A DNA stretch of 64,000 bases, taken from assembly GCF_000711695.1 (NCBI RefSeq), contig NW_013547018.1:310001-374000 (forward strand). Reading direction: 5' to 3'. The notes beneath the pieces were generated by a model. The model ran no database searches. It had not been told where the DNA came from and was given only the letters and a program-made list of their open reading frames with translations. This document shows, one piece after another, positions 50,130-61,416 of the stretch. The first letter of the stretch is position 1. Each line of letters starts with the position of its first letter. The position numbers were made by a program, and so were the translations under genes. The DNA comes from Tilletiaria anomala UBC 951 (Eukaryota).

Positions 50130-50934
50130 TCATGACTTCTCGACGAATTTGTCACGAATGTCGTGCCATTGTTTCTGAGTTTTATTATGAGCCAAGGTTG
50201 AATTCGATGTCGAATGGAGCAAGAAGGGGGGGTATAGGTCAAGAATAGAGGTCATAGTCAGTAACCTCTTCTCCTGTTCATGTGTGCAGCGAGCTATGAT
50301 CGGACTGCCAATGATCAACCACGCTCCGGCGGGAAAGGAGCAAAAGCCCAGCTAGGATAACCCAGCCTTGACTTCCGTAAAGACCATCTGCGGTTCCATC
50401 AACGTGAATCATTGAGTGGTGATAACAAGAAAGATCCTGCCCTCGTGCTTGACGAGCCTGTTCCTGCCTGTGTGCATCCTGGCTTATCGTCCGCAGGGTT
50501 GCGCTCAGGGATGTCTCGAGCCTCGGTGCCCATCAGCGGCTGATATCTGCTGCAAGAACCCACCCCTATATTCTTCCACTGAGCCTCCAAGACGACTTTC
50601 CCTGCTGTTGCTACTCCCACTGATGCCTCTCTAACATCAATTTTGACTTTTACTCACCCCGCGGTTGTGGTTGTCCCACCAGGCGGTGGTGGCCGTGTCG
50701 TATCCGATACCGAAAGCAAAGGCACCAAAGAAGACGGTCCCGACGCTGTTGTGCAGTGTTCCAACGAGAATCGGACAGTCAGAGACGAAGAGAAACAGGT
50801 AGAGAGAATGAGAGCGTGTCAGTAAGTATCTACTACATAGGAGCAACGCAAAAAGGGAAGGAGAAGGAGGGCGCGACTGACAAGATCGAGTTCCGCTTGA
50901 AGACGGTGTTGTAGATGGTGGTGGAGAGCGCCAT
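50130..50934 (-). CDS. QCR9: Cytochrome bc1 complex subunit 9 (61 aa); exons 50934-50882, 50745-50658, 50174-50130
   Basis: Spliced MALSTTIYNTVFKRNSIFVGTVFFGAFAFGIGYDTATTAWWDNHNRG|KQWHDIRDKFVEKS*. Confidence 0.93.
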
Positions 50935-51596
50935 GGCTGGAGAGCAAGCGATGAACGGGGATGGTGACTCGTCGATACTGAGTAGATGTACGATCTTGAA
51001 GTCCTGTCCTGCTCACACCATAATCCTGAAGGCGATGGGGGATTTCGAAGAAGTCCAGGTTGCAAGCCCATGAGCAATCCCAGCTGTTTCCCAGAGCGAG
51101 CCGCCCTGCAGCGAGGGGGTTGGATTTACAGAAAAGGTCCGTGGAAAGGATCACTTTCTCTTTCGGCCGAGTCTGCTGAGACGCTTTAGGGGGAAGAAGT
51201 GGCGCCGAACCATAGGGCGGTAGCGACGCTAGCACTTGTTGAATGCGGGGAACGCGCACAGTGGCGCAGTGCTGCCGCCTGCCATGCGACTCCGACTCCC
51301 ATATTCCTCACCCTGCCCTCTCTATCCATCAGGATATCTTCTATCACGGCCCAAACCATCGCCGGCGACCAGCTCGGCAACACATGGAAGTACATGGGAG
51401 GTTCTGAGTTGGAGCTGCCTGCAAGTACGAAGAAAGCGGTCCAGAGGCGCTTCAAGCAACGAGTCCAGAGCGTCCACCTTGGAGTCTGCTCTCAATATCA
51501 TGCACACTTAGGACTGCTGAATCCAAGCTACGGCTGCACCCTGCCCGACGTCCACTCAACCCTCTCGCAACGAAGTTTGGGCGGTAAATTGTCGCC

Positions 51597-54500
51597 ATGA
51601 AGCGCCTCTTCTCTGGTGGGTACGATAAGCCTGCCTTATCGGGCGTGCCCAGCCCGCCAGCGAACGTTATCGCAGGGGGAGGTCATGGATCCAAGCTATC
51701 CATCAGCTCGCTCACAAGTGGCTCCGCCTCAGGCGCGGCTTCAGGCGGAGCAGGAGGGTCGGCAGCCATCGCAGGCCGGTCCTCTCCTGGCCTTGTACAC
51801 GTACCTTCACCGTATGGCCATTCAGCGGATATATCCTCCCCATCTTCCTTGCAGCAGCAGCAGCTTGCCGCTCGGACCCGTGTCTTTTCCAATGCGAGCG
51901 CGGGCGCTGCCGCGGCGCTCGACAATGCCAGTGAGCAGCCGCAGTACTTTGATCGACCGTTTGCTCCCCCCGAGGCATCTGGCACAAGCTCCAGAATCAA
52001 TTCGACAATGAATGTAGCCGGGAGCGGCTTCCTCGTCCCAGTCTCTGGACAGCCCGTGACGCCAGGCAGCGGCGGCATTCCCAGTGGGCCACCGATCCCC
52101 GCCTACGCGGTCAGCACACCCAGCGGCGATGGGTTCGTGAAAAAAGGCCTTGCTTCGACCCAAACGCCCCCGCAAGCGGCTGTGGCACCGAACTCTTTTG
52201 ATCGGAATGACCTGCACAAGTCGCTGAAAGCGTTGGAGAACTTGCTCGTCTCGCTCGACGAGTATAGAGATCTGGCTGCTCGCATGGCCAAGGCTGAAAA
52301 GAGACTGGCCAAGGCAGCGAACGAGTTGGCCAAAGGAAAGTTCACTCGGGACGTGCCTGGTCAGTTTGCAGCCATCGCTTTGCTTGTTTCTCAACGATGC
52401 CCAGTGCGCTGATCAACCATTTTTTCTATCGTCCAGCTCAAACACTGTCGGTCTCCGCGTCATTGATCGATCTACAGAACGACGTGTCTGCCAAACACGC
52501 CAAATATGTACAAAAAGAATACGAAGCGCTTAATGAATCGTGCGCCAAGTACTTCAAGCGTGTCGCAAAGGAGGAGAAGAACTACATGGGCACAATCGAG
52601 TCACTCGATGCTAAAGTGAAGAAAGCGCACGCGGTGCACGAGAAGAACGCGAGCAAATCCAAATCCGGGCCTAAGGCGATCGAAAGCCACGACAAGTACA
52701 TTGCGTCCGTGAGTCAGCTGACGAGCGAGATCGCCGCGGTAAAGGAGAGGCACGCGCTCTCGCTCGGGGGCAAAGGGCACGTCATCAACCTTGCCATTGC
52801 CTCGTGCATCGGTGGCATGGCCGATGCCGAATTCCGCGCGCACTGCGAGCGCGTCCGTCGCACTGGCCCGCTCGTCGGACGCGTCAACGAGTGGCTCAAC
52901 TTTGCGACGAACGAGGCTATGCCCACATTCCAGCCGCCCGATTGTGCCGGCGGCGAAGACGAGTGGGGACCCGCCGCTGCGCTCGCTGCGGCTCAGGAGA
53001 AGGCCGAACTCGCTGCGGCGCAGCGCAGGGCCGTCGAAGAGGCCGCAAAAGAGACGGCGCAGCTCGAATGGGCCGCTAGGCAGATGGGCTGGGTCCCGCC
53101 GGAAGAGCTGCATCGTGTGCAGAGTGCCGGTACCGATGCTCTTGCTGCACAGCTCCAGCAGCAGCACCAGCAGGAACGGGAGATATGGTCGGCTACTCCA
53201 TCTTCTTCATCGCAAGGAAGACAACAGCAGGATTCTGTTGCTGGCAGCGTGCGCAGCACAGCCTCGAGGAGCGCGAGCTTGTCCTCGCAGCCGATGGGCC
53301 TGCTGCCGAGGCTGGACAGCAATGGACAGATCATCAGTGACAATGCAGCGGATACATCCGCGCTCGATCGGAGCTCGACGCAAAAGGCGGTTTCGTCTGT
53401 TGCTACAAAGCCAACGCCCACAGTAGTAGCAGCAGCGACAGCCTCTACATCAGCGACCGTGTCTGCATTGGCGTCCTTCTCGGTTTCTGCCGCCAAACCC
53501 TCAGCGCAATCCGAGGCGATATGCAAGGACCACTCCAAGACGCATCTGCGTGGGCAAGACTCCTCCTTTGCGGAAGGCACCGTCATCGAGACGCCCCGCC
53601 TGCAGCCGTCTCAGTCCGACTCGGACGCGACGCCTAGTCTGACGAACAGCAACAGCCGCATCGGTTCAGACGATCCGATACCCAGGACGCCGAACGCACA
53701 TAGCAGCGTGGTGGAAGACCTGCTTGCTGCTGGGGCTCTTCACGCTCCTTCTGCCCCTGCTAGGAGTGTAGCTGCGGCTGCGTCCGAGACGGAGCCTACA
53801 CTCACGAATGATAAGAACAGCGCCGTACGCGTCGAAGGCGGCTTGCTCGGAAAATTCGGATTCGAACAGCGGGCATCAGAAGAAGGCGAGATCGGCGGCA
53901 ATGCGAAGGCAGCAATTCAGTCTGCTTCTGCTTTTGCAGCTGCAGTTGCGCCTGCGCCGGTGGTTAATGCTGCTGCAGCGGCAGCAGCGGTAGCGCGTCC
54001 ATCGGAGTCCATTACTTCTGAGACCGACAAACAAAGTCAAGAAGCGCATGTGCGTGCGGCTTCGCCGCCGCCTCTGCTAGACACGCAGCGACCTACGTCT
54101 GAGCGTCCAGCATTGGGGCTTGTAGACGGTCTCTTGCTTCGCCAGTCACAGCAACAAGGTACCTCTGTACCGCCTGGTTCTTACCAATCTGCAAGCGGGG
54201 TTGGTGGCACCGGAGGCCCGCCCGCTATTTGGGAGCGCGAGAGAGTGCGTACAGCCGAGCAGGACACAAGCAACGGCAGACCGGCGCTGAGAAGCCCGCC
54301 TCCGGCGATGCACACCGGGGATGCGGTGGGCGATTCGCCTTACCGGAATGCGTACGATGTCGGGTATGAGTACACGAAGGTAACACCTGGCTACCGCAGC
54401 ACAGGCGGGCAGGTCGCAGGCGTTTCCACCAGGGCTGCTGCTCCTGCTTCAGGCGTCGGAGCTGGCCCTGTTGCTGTCGATGCCCCGCATGAACGGCGTG

Positions 54501-55633
54501 GACCTTCTCATCCGGATCTCAGCTACGAAGCTACGGACCGGTACGCTCCCGCCGTCGGGAGCAGTCGCATCGACGGCCCTACGCTCCACCGAAACACCAG
54601 CACGGACAGCGAACGCAGCTTTGTTGCGAGGATGAAAGCAAAGTATCAAGCAGAGAAGTTAGGGATCGCAGCGCCTGCTACGGTTGTGCCGGATCGCGGT
54701 CCGCCGTACGCTGAGCGCGATAGCGCTCGGTACTATCGCAATCCAGCAGATCGAGCAGTATCGTATGGCGCCCCGCCACCACTTGCTGGTCGCGCTTCGG
54801 CCAGCAGAAGTAGCAGTGCTGGTCCGCGCTACTCTGAACCACCACCCCCTCGCCACAGCTACGACCACCACAATGGCTACGCTCGCGATGATTATCGTTA
54901 CGCATCACAGTCTTCTCGCCCGCCGCCTGATGCATCTGCTTATGATGACAGGTACGGTGGACGCGCTGCACCGCCAGCAGCACCGTTGGCTGCCGATGGG
55001 GACCCACCGCGCAGACCGCACGACAGCATGCCGCCTCCTTTGTCTCCCGGTCGATCATTTCAGCAGGGCCTCAGCCCCCTACCTTCCGAGTTTGGAAGCT
55101 TGCGATCCGATCGTAGCCCGCCACTGCAGCAGCAGTCTCAGTACGCACAGCGTCCAACCATGGGCCTCGTCGATGATGAGCCGCAGCATTCAAGCGTGTG
55201 CGGTTGCGCTAAGTGTTCTGCGCGTCATTACGGGTCTGGGGGTGGCGCAGCAGGAGGCGTAGGAAGCGGTGGGGGAAGCAGTAACCGGGGCACCGATCCG
55301 AGGCGCTTCACTGCACCTCCGCCTGCTTCTCTATCGGCAAGCATGGGCGGCCCTCGAAGCACGAGCAGCGACGGGCGGCAGCTGATGCCTTCTTCCTCAT
55401 TATCGGCAGCTGTGTCGGGAGCGTACTACTCCCCCCGCGACCAGATGAGCGGCGGTAATAGGCAGTCCATGCCGCCGCCTAGCAGGAGCGCCGGCGCCGG
55501 TGCGGGCGCAGGTGCAGGTCGTGATGGCTACGGCGCGCCATTACCGTCACTGCAGGGACAAGCGGGCCCGTACGATCCCGAGTCAGTGTATGGGAGGCGC
55601 AGCTTTGACGCGGACGGGCGGCGCGTCGCTTAG
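51597..55633 (+). CDS. Ivy1-like (I-BAR type) protein with long disordered Pro/Ser-rich C-terminus; intron 52360-52436
   Basis: Helical block FDRNDLHKSLKALENLL..EYRDLAARMAKAE..KRVAKEEK resembles the Ivy1/IMD family; family assignment is inference. Confidence 0.6.
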
Positions 55634-55882
55634 CCACGCCGAGACTGTAAGTACCCACAGTTAAGGGTAGTGCACAAATCAAGTAGGGATCAAGCTACTG
55701 ACCGATACCCTCACGATGCCTCGCATAGGTTCGCTGAGCTAGTCACGCTGGATGGCCATCTTCCTGGAGATTGGCATGGCAGCTTCCTGATTATTCGAAA
55801 CAGTGATGCTGCTTCATTGATGAGGAACACAACAACAGATAATTGTAGTGCTCATGGATAACGGATACGCTGCATGCAATTT

Positions 55883-57380
55883 CTATTTTTCTGTTCGAAC
55901 CGAATCAACATGAATTCGACGATACGCATGAGAGCTGGTAGGCCAAAGGGCACCGCAACGAGAGCCGACTCACTCGAAAAACCTTTGAGCCATTTCGGTA
56001 AGGCTTTTGGATCCCGCTGTCCTGTCGCCTTCCCTGAATTTGCCGCGCTCCCGCTACCGCCGGCGGCATCGCTGCTGTGTCCTAAGGGTCGGTCAAAGGG
56101 CTTGGGTGGCGGCAAATCGGCGGCGGAGCAAAGCAGCTCAGCTTTGAGTGGTGCCGGGTAGGCATTGCCTATCAATTGCCAACCAGGTGGATGGTGACAA
56201 GTTGGAGAGTGGGGAAGCAGACAGGTAGCAGATCGACAATCAGACAGGTAGCAGATCGACAATCAGACAAATGGAAAGCAGTATCACCTTCCAGACAATA
56301 CGCACTGTTCATGGCCGTATCTTCCCATCGCACATTGAGTACGGCAGCAGGCGCCAAGCCAAGCTCCACGAGACCTTTCCCTCTAATCTTGGCATCGCTT
56401 TCGACGTAGTCTTTGCACGGCGGAGCAGTGTACAGTGTGAAACCCCCCTTCTTATTGTCTAGCACATCCTGCCGTACTGCCCCGCGCACAAAGGTGTAGA
56501 CTTCATTGATGGAAGCGCTGGATGGGAAGCTTGACTCGATCTGTGTGCGGTCGGAGAAGCGGACGCGGATCTTTACCTACGCCAGCAGAAGTATGCAAGA
56601 AGCCAAGCAATTTTAGCGTCTCAACCATGCAGCGCCCCGAGGTGATATTATACAAATCCAAATTCATTCACGCACATATTCCCAAGTCCGTTTCTGCTTC
56701 CCGAGCATTGCCTCGGCCTTTTCGCGCATGGCCTTCGTCATCAACGGTGCGTCTGGACCGTGGCGCATCTGGATGTGGTCCGCGAATGCCGCCTTTAGTT
56801 CCGCTGGTGTCGCCTTGGGCTCTTCTGTGGGTGGAGATGGGAGAGCTGTGTAATGGTTTGGAAGTGGAAGGCAGGGATGACTATCAGTCAGGATTTGAGC
56901 GTGCAAGTTGTTGAACAGACTGGTGACCGTGAATGATCCCTGACGAACCACCTTGTTCGTTGCTGATAGAATTAATCATTGCGCCTGAATAACCAATGGT
57001 GGCTCGCTCGCAGATGGGGCTTCTATGCGCTCTACAGCTCGTATGCAACACTTATCGACGAAAGACTCACTCATCGGCGCCAAGGAGTTGGGTGGTTTAT
57101 ACACCTTGACGGGGCGAGCGGACGGTCCAGATTCGGACGACTTTAACCCGGCAGGTGCTTGTTGCGCAATGCTGGCTTCTGCACCGTCAGCCTGTACTTG
57201 CGCTTGATCCTGTACTTCTATTGTTCTTGCTTGTCTTGAAGCGTGGGCTTCGGCGTGAGACGGATCAGCATGGGCATGGGCATGAGCCTGAGGATGAGCT
57301 TGCGCATCGGCTCCTCCTGCTGGCCACGGAGTTGGAGGTGCACCGGGAGGCGCGTCTGATGACGGTGCTGTCTGATCCAT
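55883..57380 (-). CDS. UBX domain protein (Ubx4/TUG-like C-terminal half), 5 exons
   Basis: PLMTKAMRE, VKIRVRFSDRTQIESSF, FTLYTAPP, LVELGLAPAAVL, terminal LPKWLK. Confidence 0.85.
56218..56269. repeat. 23-bp perfect tandem duplication inside a UBX intron
   Basis: CAGACAGGTAGCAGATCGACAAT x2 plus CAGACA. Confidence 0.95.
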
Positions 57381-57918
57381 TTCGATGTCACACTCTCTCT
57401 AACCTAAGGGCAGCCCTACTTGCATAGCCAGACAAGTTCACGGTCCACCGCGTGCTATTATCATGACCGAGCAGGATATCAGCCTGGAGGTCGTACTTGT
57501 ATGTGTTGATTGCGTGACCCCCCTTGAGAAGCGCCTTTAAGCAGGCCCCCTTTGCACCGAATCATGAATGCACGCGACGATGGTGTTGCCCAGCCGATGT
57601 GACAACGACCACGAAACGTCATCTCACACTTGCACGTCCAAGGTCATCCACACCTCTCTGGCATCTACCTTAGCACCGAGCGCGGGTTGTGCGAGCAAGA
57701 TGCTTCGCCGTCAGCTCGAGGAATGTAAGAGGAAGCCAGAAATATTCGCCGTATGAGGCGCACGCTTCCCCTCGACCGCGGTGCACGGATCTGTTCGCTT
57801 CCGGTATACCCCTCCTCGCACCAATGCCACGGACAGTTGGCTGATGTACCACCAGCAGTACCGGACCCCTTCACCCGTGCCTTGTATCATTCATCAAGCG
57901 GAAGCCTCCAAAGGAAAG

Positions 57919-60900
57919 ATGCACGTCTACCTGTGCGAGGCGCCAAGGGCGCTCGTGATAACGGGAAATGTGTCACAAGTCTCGTCCCAGGGCTTCGCAT
58001 TGGTCGTATCCGCCGCAAACTCCAGCCAGGATGGCAACCGAAATGGGGCGAGTACCAGGTCCGCGGCCAAAGTCGCTGTTAAGCTGGTAGATCTCGAAGA
58101 AGTCCCTATTACTTCGATGAAAAGGTTGACGCAAACCGCCGCGGCTGGTTGCCTGGGTATCATGAACGCCGGGTCGGGTGAGTAACTTGGCAAGCGATAT
58201 GACGTTAGTTAATTCTCTTTAGTCTGAGGATGGCTCGGCTGATCCCCCATAACCATCTAAAAGATATTTTCCTGGCCTGCGTCACCGCATCTTCAGAAGT
58301 GGGTGCCATTCGACCGCGTGAAGTAGTCATGCGAATAGGTTCCGTCTCATTCTTCTGCATCAATAAGTCATTATGGGACAACACGGTCGTATCCGAATCC
58401 TCTCCTGACCATTTCAATGAATCAAGCGGCCCAAACACAAGCGAAGTCCAATCCAGCATCTACACCCACCCTTGCGCTGGGTTGCAGAAGTACATGAGCG
58501 GCGGCACGTTCTACTACGCCAAAGACCGCACGTTCGATCTTTCCACCCGCCTCGATGCTCGACTGGCAGCGACGAATGATGTGGCCCGTGCTGAGCAACC
58601 GCATGGACTTTCCGAGTACGACAGTCGCTTCGTCTGGAATACATACATGCTCGAGTCTCTAATCGAGTATCGCTCGCGTCTCGTAGAGGAGGAGCGGGGC
58701 AACTTTGATGCAGGTGGCTTCCTCGTGCGTATGCAGAATCCCAGTTCCACAGCGAACATTGGCAGATGCTAATGTTCTTCGCCTTGTGGGATTGCATCAG
58801 ATGTGCGCCATTCAAGGCTACGTCGGCGTCCAATATCTCAGCGGGTATAGGTCTGCGTTAAGCTCTGACAAATCGAGAGCGCAGAACAGCGTGGCGGTGA
58901 TTAGTAGATTGAGCTGGAAACGGGCGGGGACTAGGTTTAACGCTCGTGGAATCGACGATGATGGGAACGTCGCGAACTTTGTCGAGGTGAATACTTCTCC
59001 CAAACACGAAGCTTGCGAACCGGGCATCAACCGAGCTGAAACGTAGCTATTCCTCAGTCTGAACTCATTTTCTGCCACGATGGCATCACGTACAGTCATG
59101 TGCAGCTGCGCGGTTCCGTACCGCTCTTTTGGGAGCAGGCCGGGATGCAAGCGATCAACACCAAGATCCAGATCACCCGACCACAAGTCGCCTCGCAGCT
59201 GGCGTTTGACAGGCATTTTGCCGAGCTGATCTCACATTACTCGCACGTTCATGCGCTTAACTTGCTTGGCACGCGCGACATCGAGACCGTCCTCACCGCC
59301 GCGTACTCGGATCACATGGAACAGACTTCGGCCGAGACAGTGCATGTCCTGCCGCCTGATGAAAGCCTGGCTAACGGGGCTGCTGACATGAAAGGGGATA
59401 GAGATGCGCTTGTGCTGCAAGGCGACGATGATCGAGTTGCCCTCAGCAACTTTGACTTCCACTCCACGTCTCGCGCGGTCGGAGGGATCGACGGCGTGCG
59501 CGGGCAGCTCAAGAACTTCACCGCAATCCAAGCCAAAACTGCCTCATTCGGGTTCACCATCATCGATCGAGAAGGCCACATACGCATGCGGCAGCTCGGC
59601 GTCTTTCGCACTAACTGCCTCGATTGCCTCGACAGGACCAATGTCGTGCAGGATTTCCTCTCGCAGTTTGCACTGGACGCATTTCTCTCCCGTGCATCAG
59701 CCGCCAACTCAGACACGTTTGTTGGCTTTGCGAACCCATCCCATCATATCTGGAGCGCTTTTCGCTCACTATGGGGATACAATGGGGACGCGCTCTCGCG
59801 CATCTACGCAGGCACCGGTGCACTCAACACGAGCTTTACAAAGACGGGAAAGAAGACGCTCGGTGGGATGCTGAGCAATGCGGTCAAGTCTGCTGCGCGC
59901 ACGTACATTAACAACTTCCAAGACAAGGACAAGCAGAATGTCATCGACATGCTCCTTGGTCTCATGGCGAACCAGCAGCCAGTTAAGATCGTCGATGTCG
60001 TACATGACGCCGTCGAAGAAGAGCTGTTGTCGAGGCTGGATGAGTTCTCAACTACCATAGAGATCTCTATCTTTACTGGAACGTGGAACCTCAACGCCCG
60101 CCCACCCGGCGATGCCCTCGACACTTGGCTGTTTCCCGACCCTCGCGCGTCTCCTGACGTTTACGTGATCGGCTTTCAGGAGATTGTCGAGCTGACGCCC
60201 CAGCAAATTCTGATGACCGATCCGACGAAGAAGAAAGTATGGGAAGGCGCTATTCTCGATGCCTTCGCAAGGCGCAGCAGCGCAGAAAAGGCGCCACGAT
60301 ATGTGCTCATACGCAGCGAACAGCTTGTCGGCACCGCGCTTATCGTACTCGTCAAAGAGGACTTGCTGCCTGCTTTGCGCGGTGTGGAGGCGGCGACAAA
60401 GAAGACAGGCTTGAAAGGCATGAGCGGCAATAAGGGGGGTGTTGGTGTCCGGTTGACGTGCTACGATTCTAGCATCTGCTTTGTCACCGCCCACTTCGCT
60501 GCGGGCCATTCAAACGTTGAAGAACGTAATGCCGACTACTGGACAATCTCGCAAGGCCTCGTCTTCACGCGCGGCAAGAGCATCCCATTGCACGACCTCG
60601 TCATCTGGCTTGGCGACTTTAACTACCGCATCGATCTGCCCAACGAGCACGCGAGGCAACTAGCCGCCAACGACGATTACGACGCGCTGTACGCGCATGA
60701 CCAGCTTGCAACCAGCCGAGACAACGGCTCCGTCTTTCCCGGCTACGAAGAGGGGCCGCTACTCTTCCGCCCAACTTACAAATACGACAATGGGCGCGAC
60801 ACGTATGACAGCTCCGAAAAGCAGCGCGTCCCCGCTTGGACGGATCGCGTACTGTATCGCCCAGACAACCTCAAGCAACGTGCATACGGGCGTGCAGAGC

Positions 60901-61262
60901 TCAAAGCTAGCGATCATCGCCCCGTCTTTGCTCTCTTTAGCGGCGAAGTACGTTCGATTGATCATGCAAAGCGCATGCGTCTGTACGACGAGTTGCTCGA
61001 ATGCAAGGCGCCAGAACGAAAAAGGCCAATAGCTCTTTCCGCACCTTTGAGGCCACTTGATGTCGGAGATCCTGGGCTGCCATACCCGTCCAGTAATGAC
61101 TACCACTGGTGGGACGATTCGGCTTCGTCAGAAGACGACGAAGCAGAACCAACGCAATCTCGTCGAGCGCCGCTGCTTCGGCCAGCAGGTGAAAGGGGCA
61201 TGACGAGTGCAGCTCGACGACCACCTCCGGCACGTCCGGCTCGGTACATAGAAGACAAATGA
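57919..61262 (+). CDS. Synaptojanin-like phosphoinositide phosphatase (Sac1 + 5-phosphatase; Inp52/Inp53-like), 4 exons
   Basis: [30 protein letters not shown], intact CX5[36 protein letters not shown]. Confidence 0.95.
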
Positions 61263-61416
61263 TATTCTCTAAAAGCTATGGACGTGTATGCGTGTGTGCG
61301 ATGCTTCTGTGCCTACAAATGCTAATGAAAGGGCGCAGTGCCCGAGTCACAACGGGAATGTGCAAGAAGTGCCGATGGCTAGTGATACAAATGCAGATGT
61401 GTGTCTGATGAGAATC

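Noticed and set aside
50353..50396. GAACCGC and TCCTA motifs resembling U17/snR30 m2 and m1
   Set aside because: Wrong order and wrong spacing relative to an ACA box
50590..50605. GGGAAAGTC in the QCR9 intron, resembling RNase P/MRP CR-I
   Set aside because: No complementary CR-V partner found downstream
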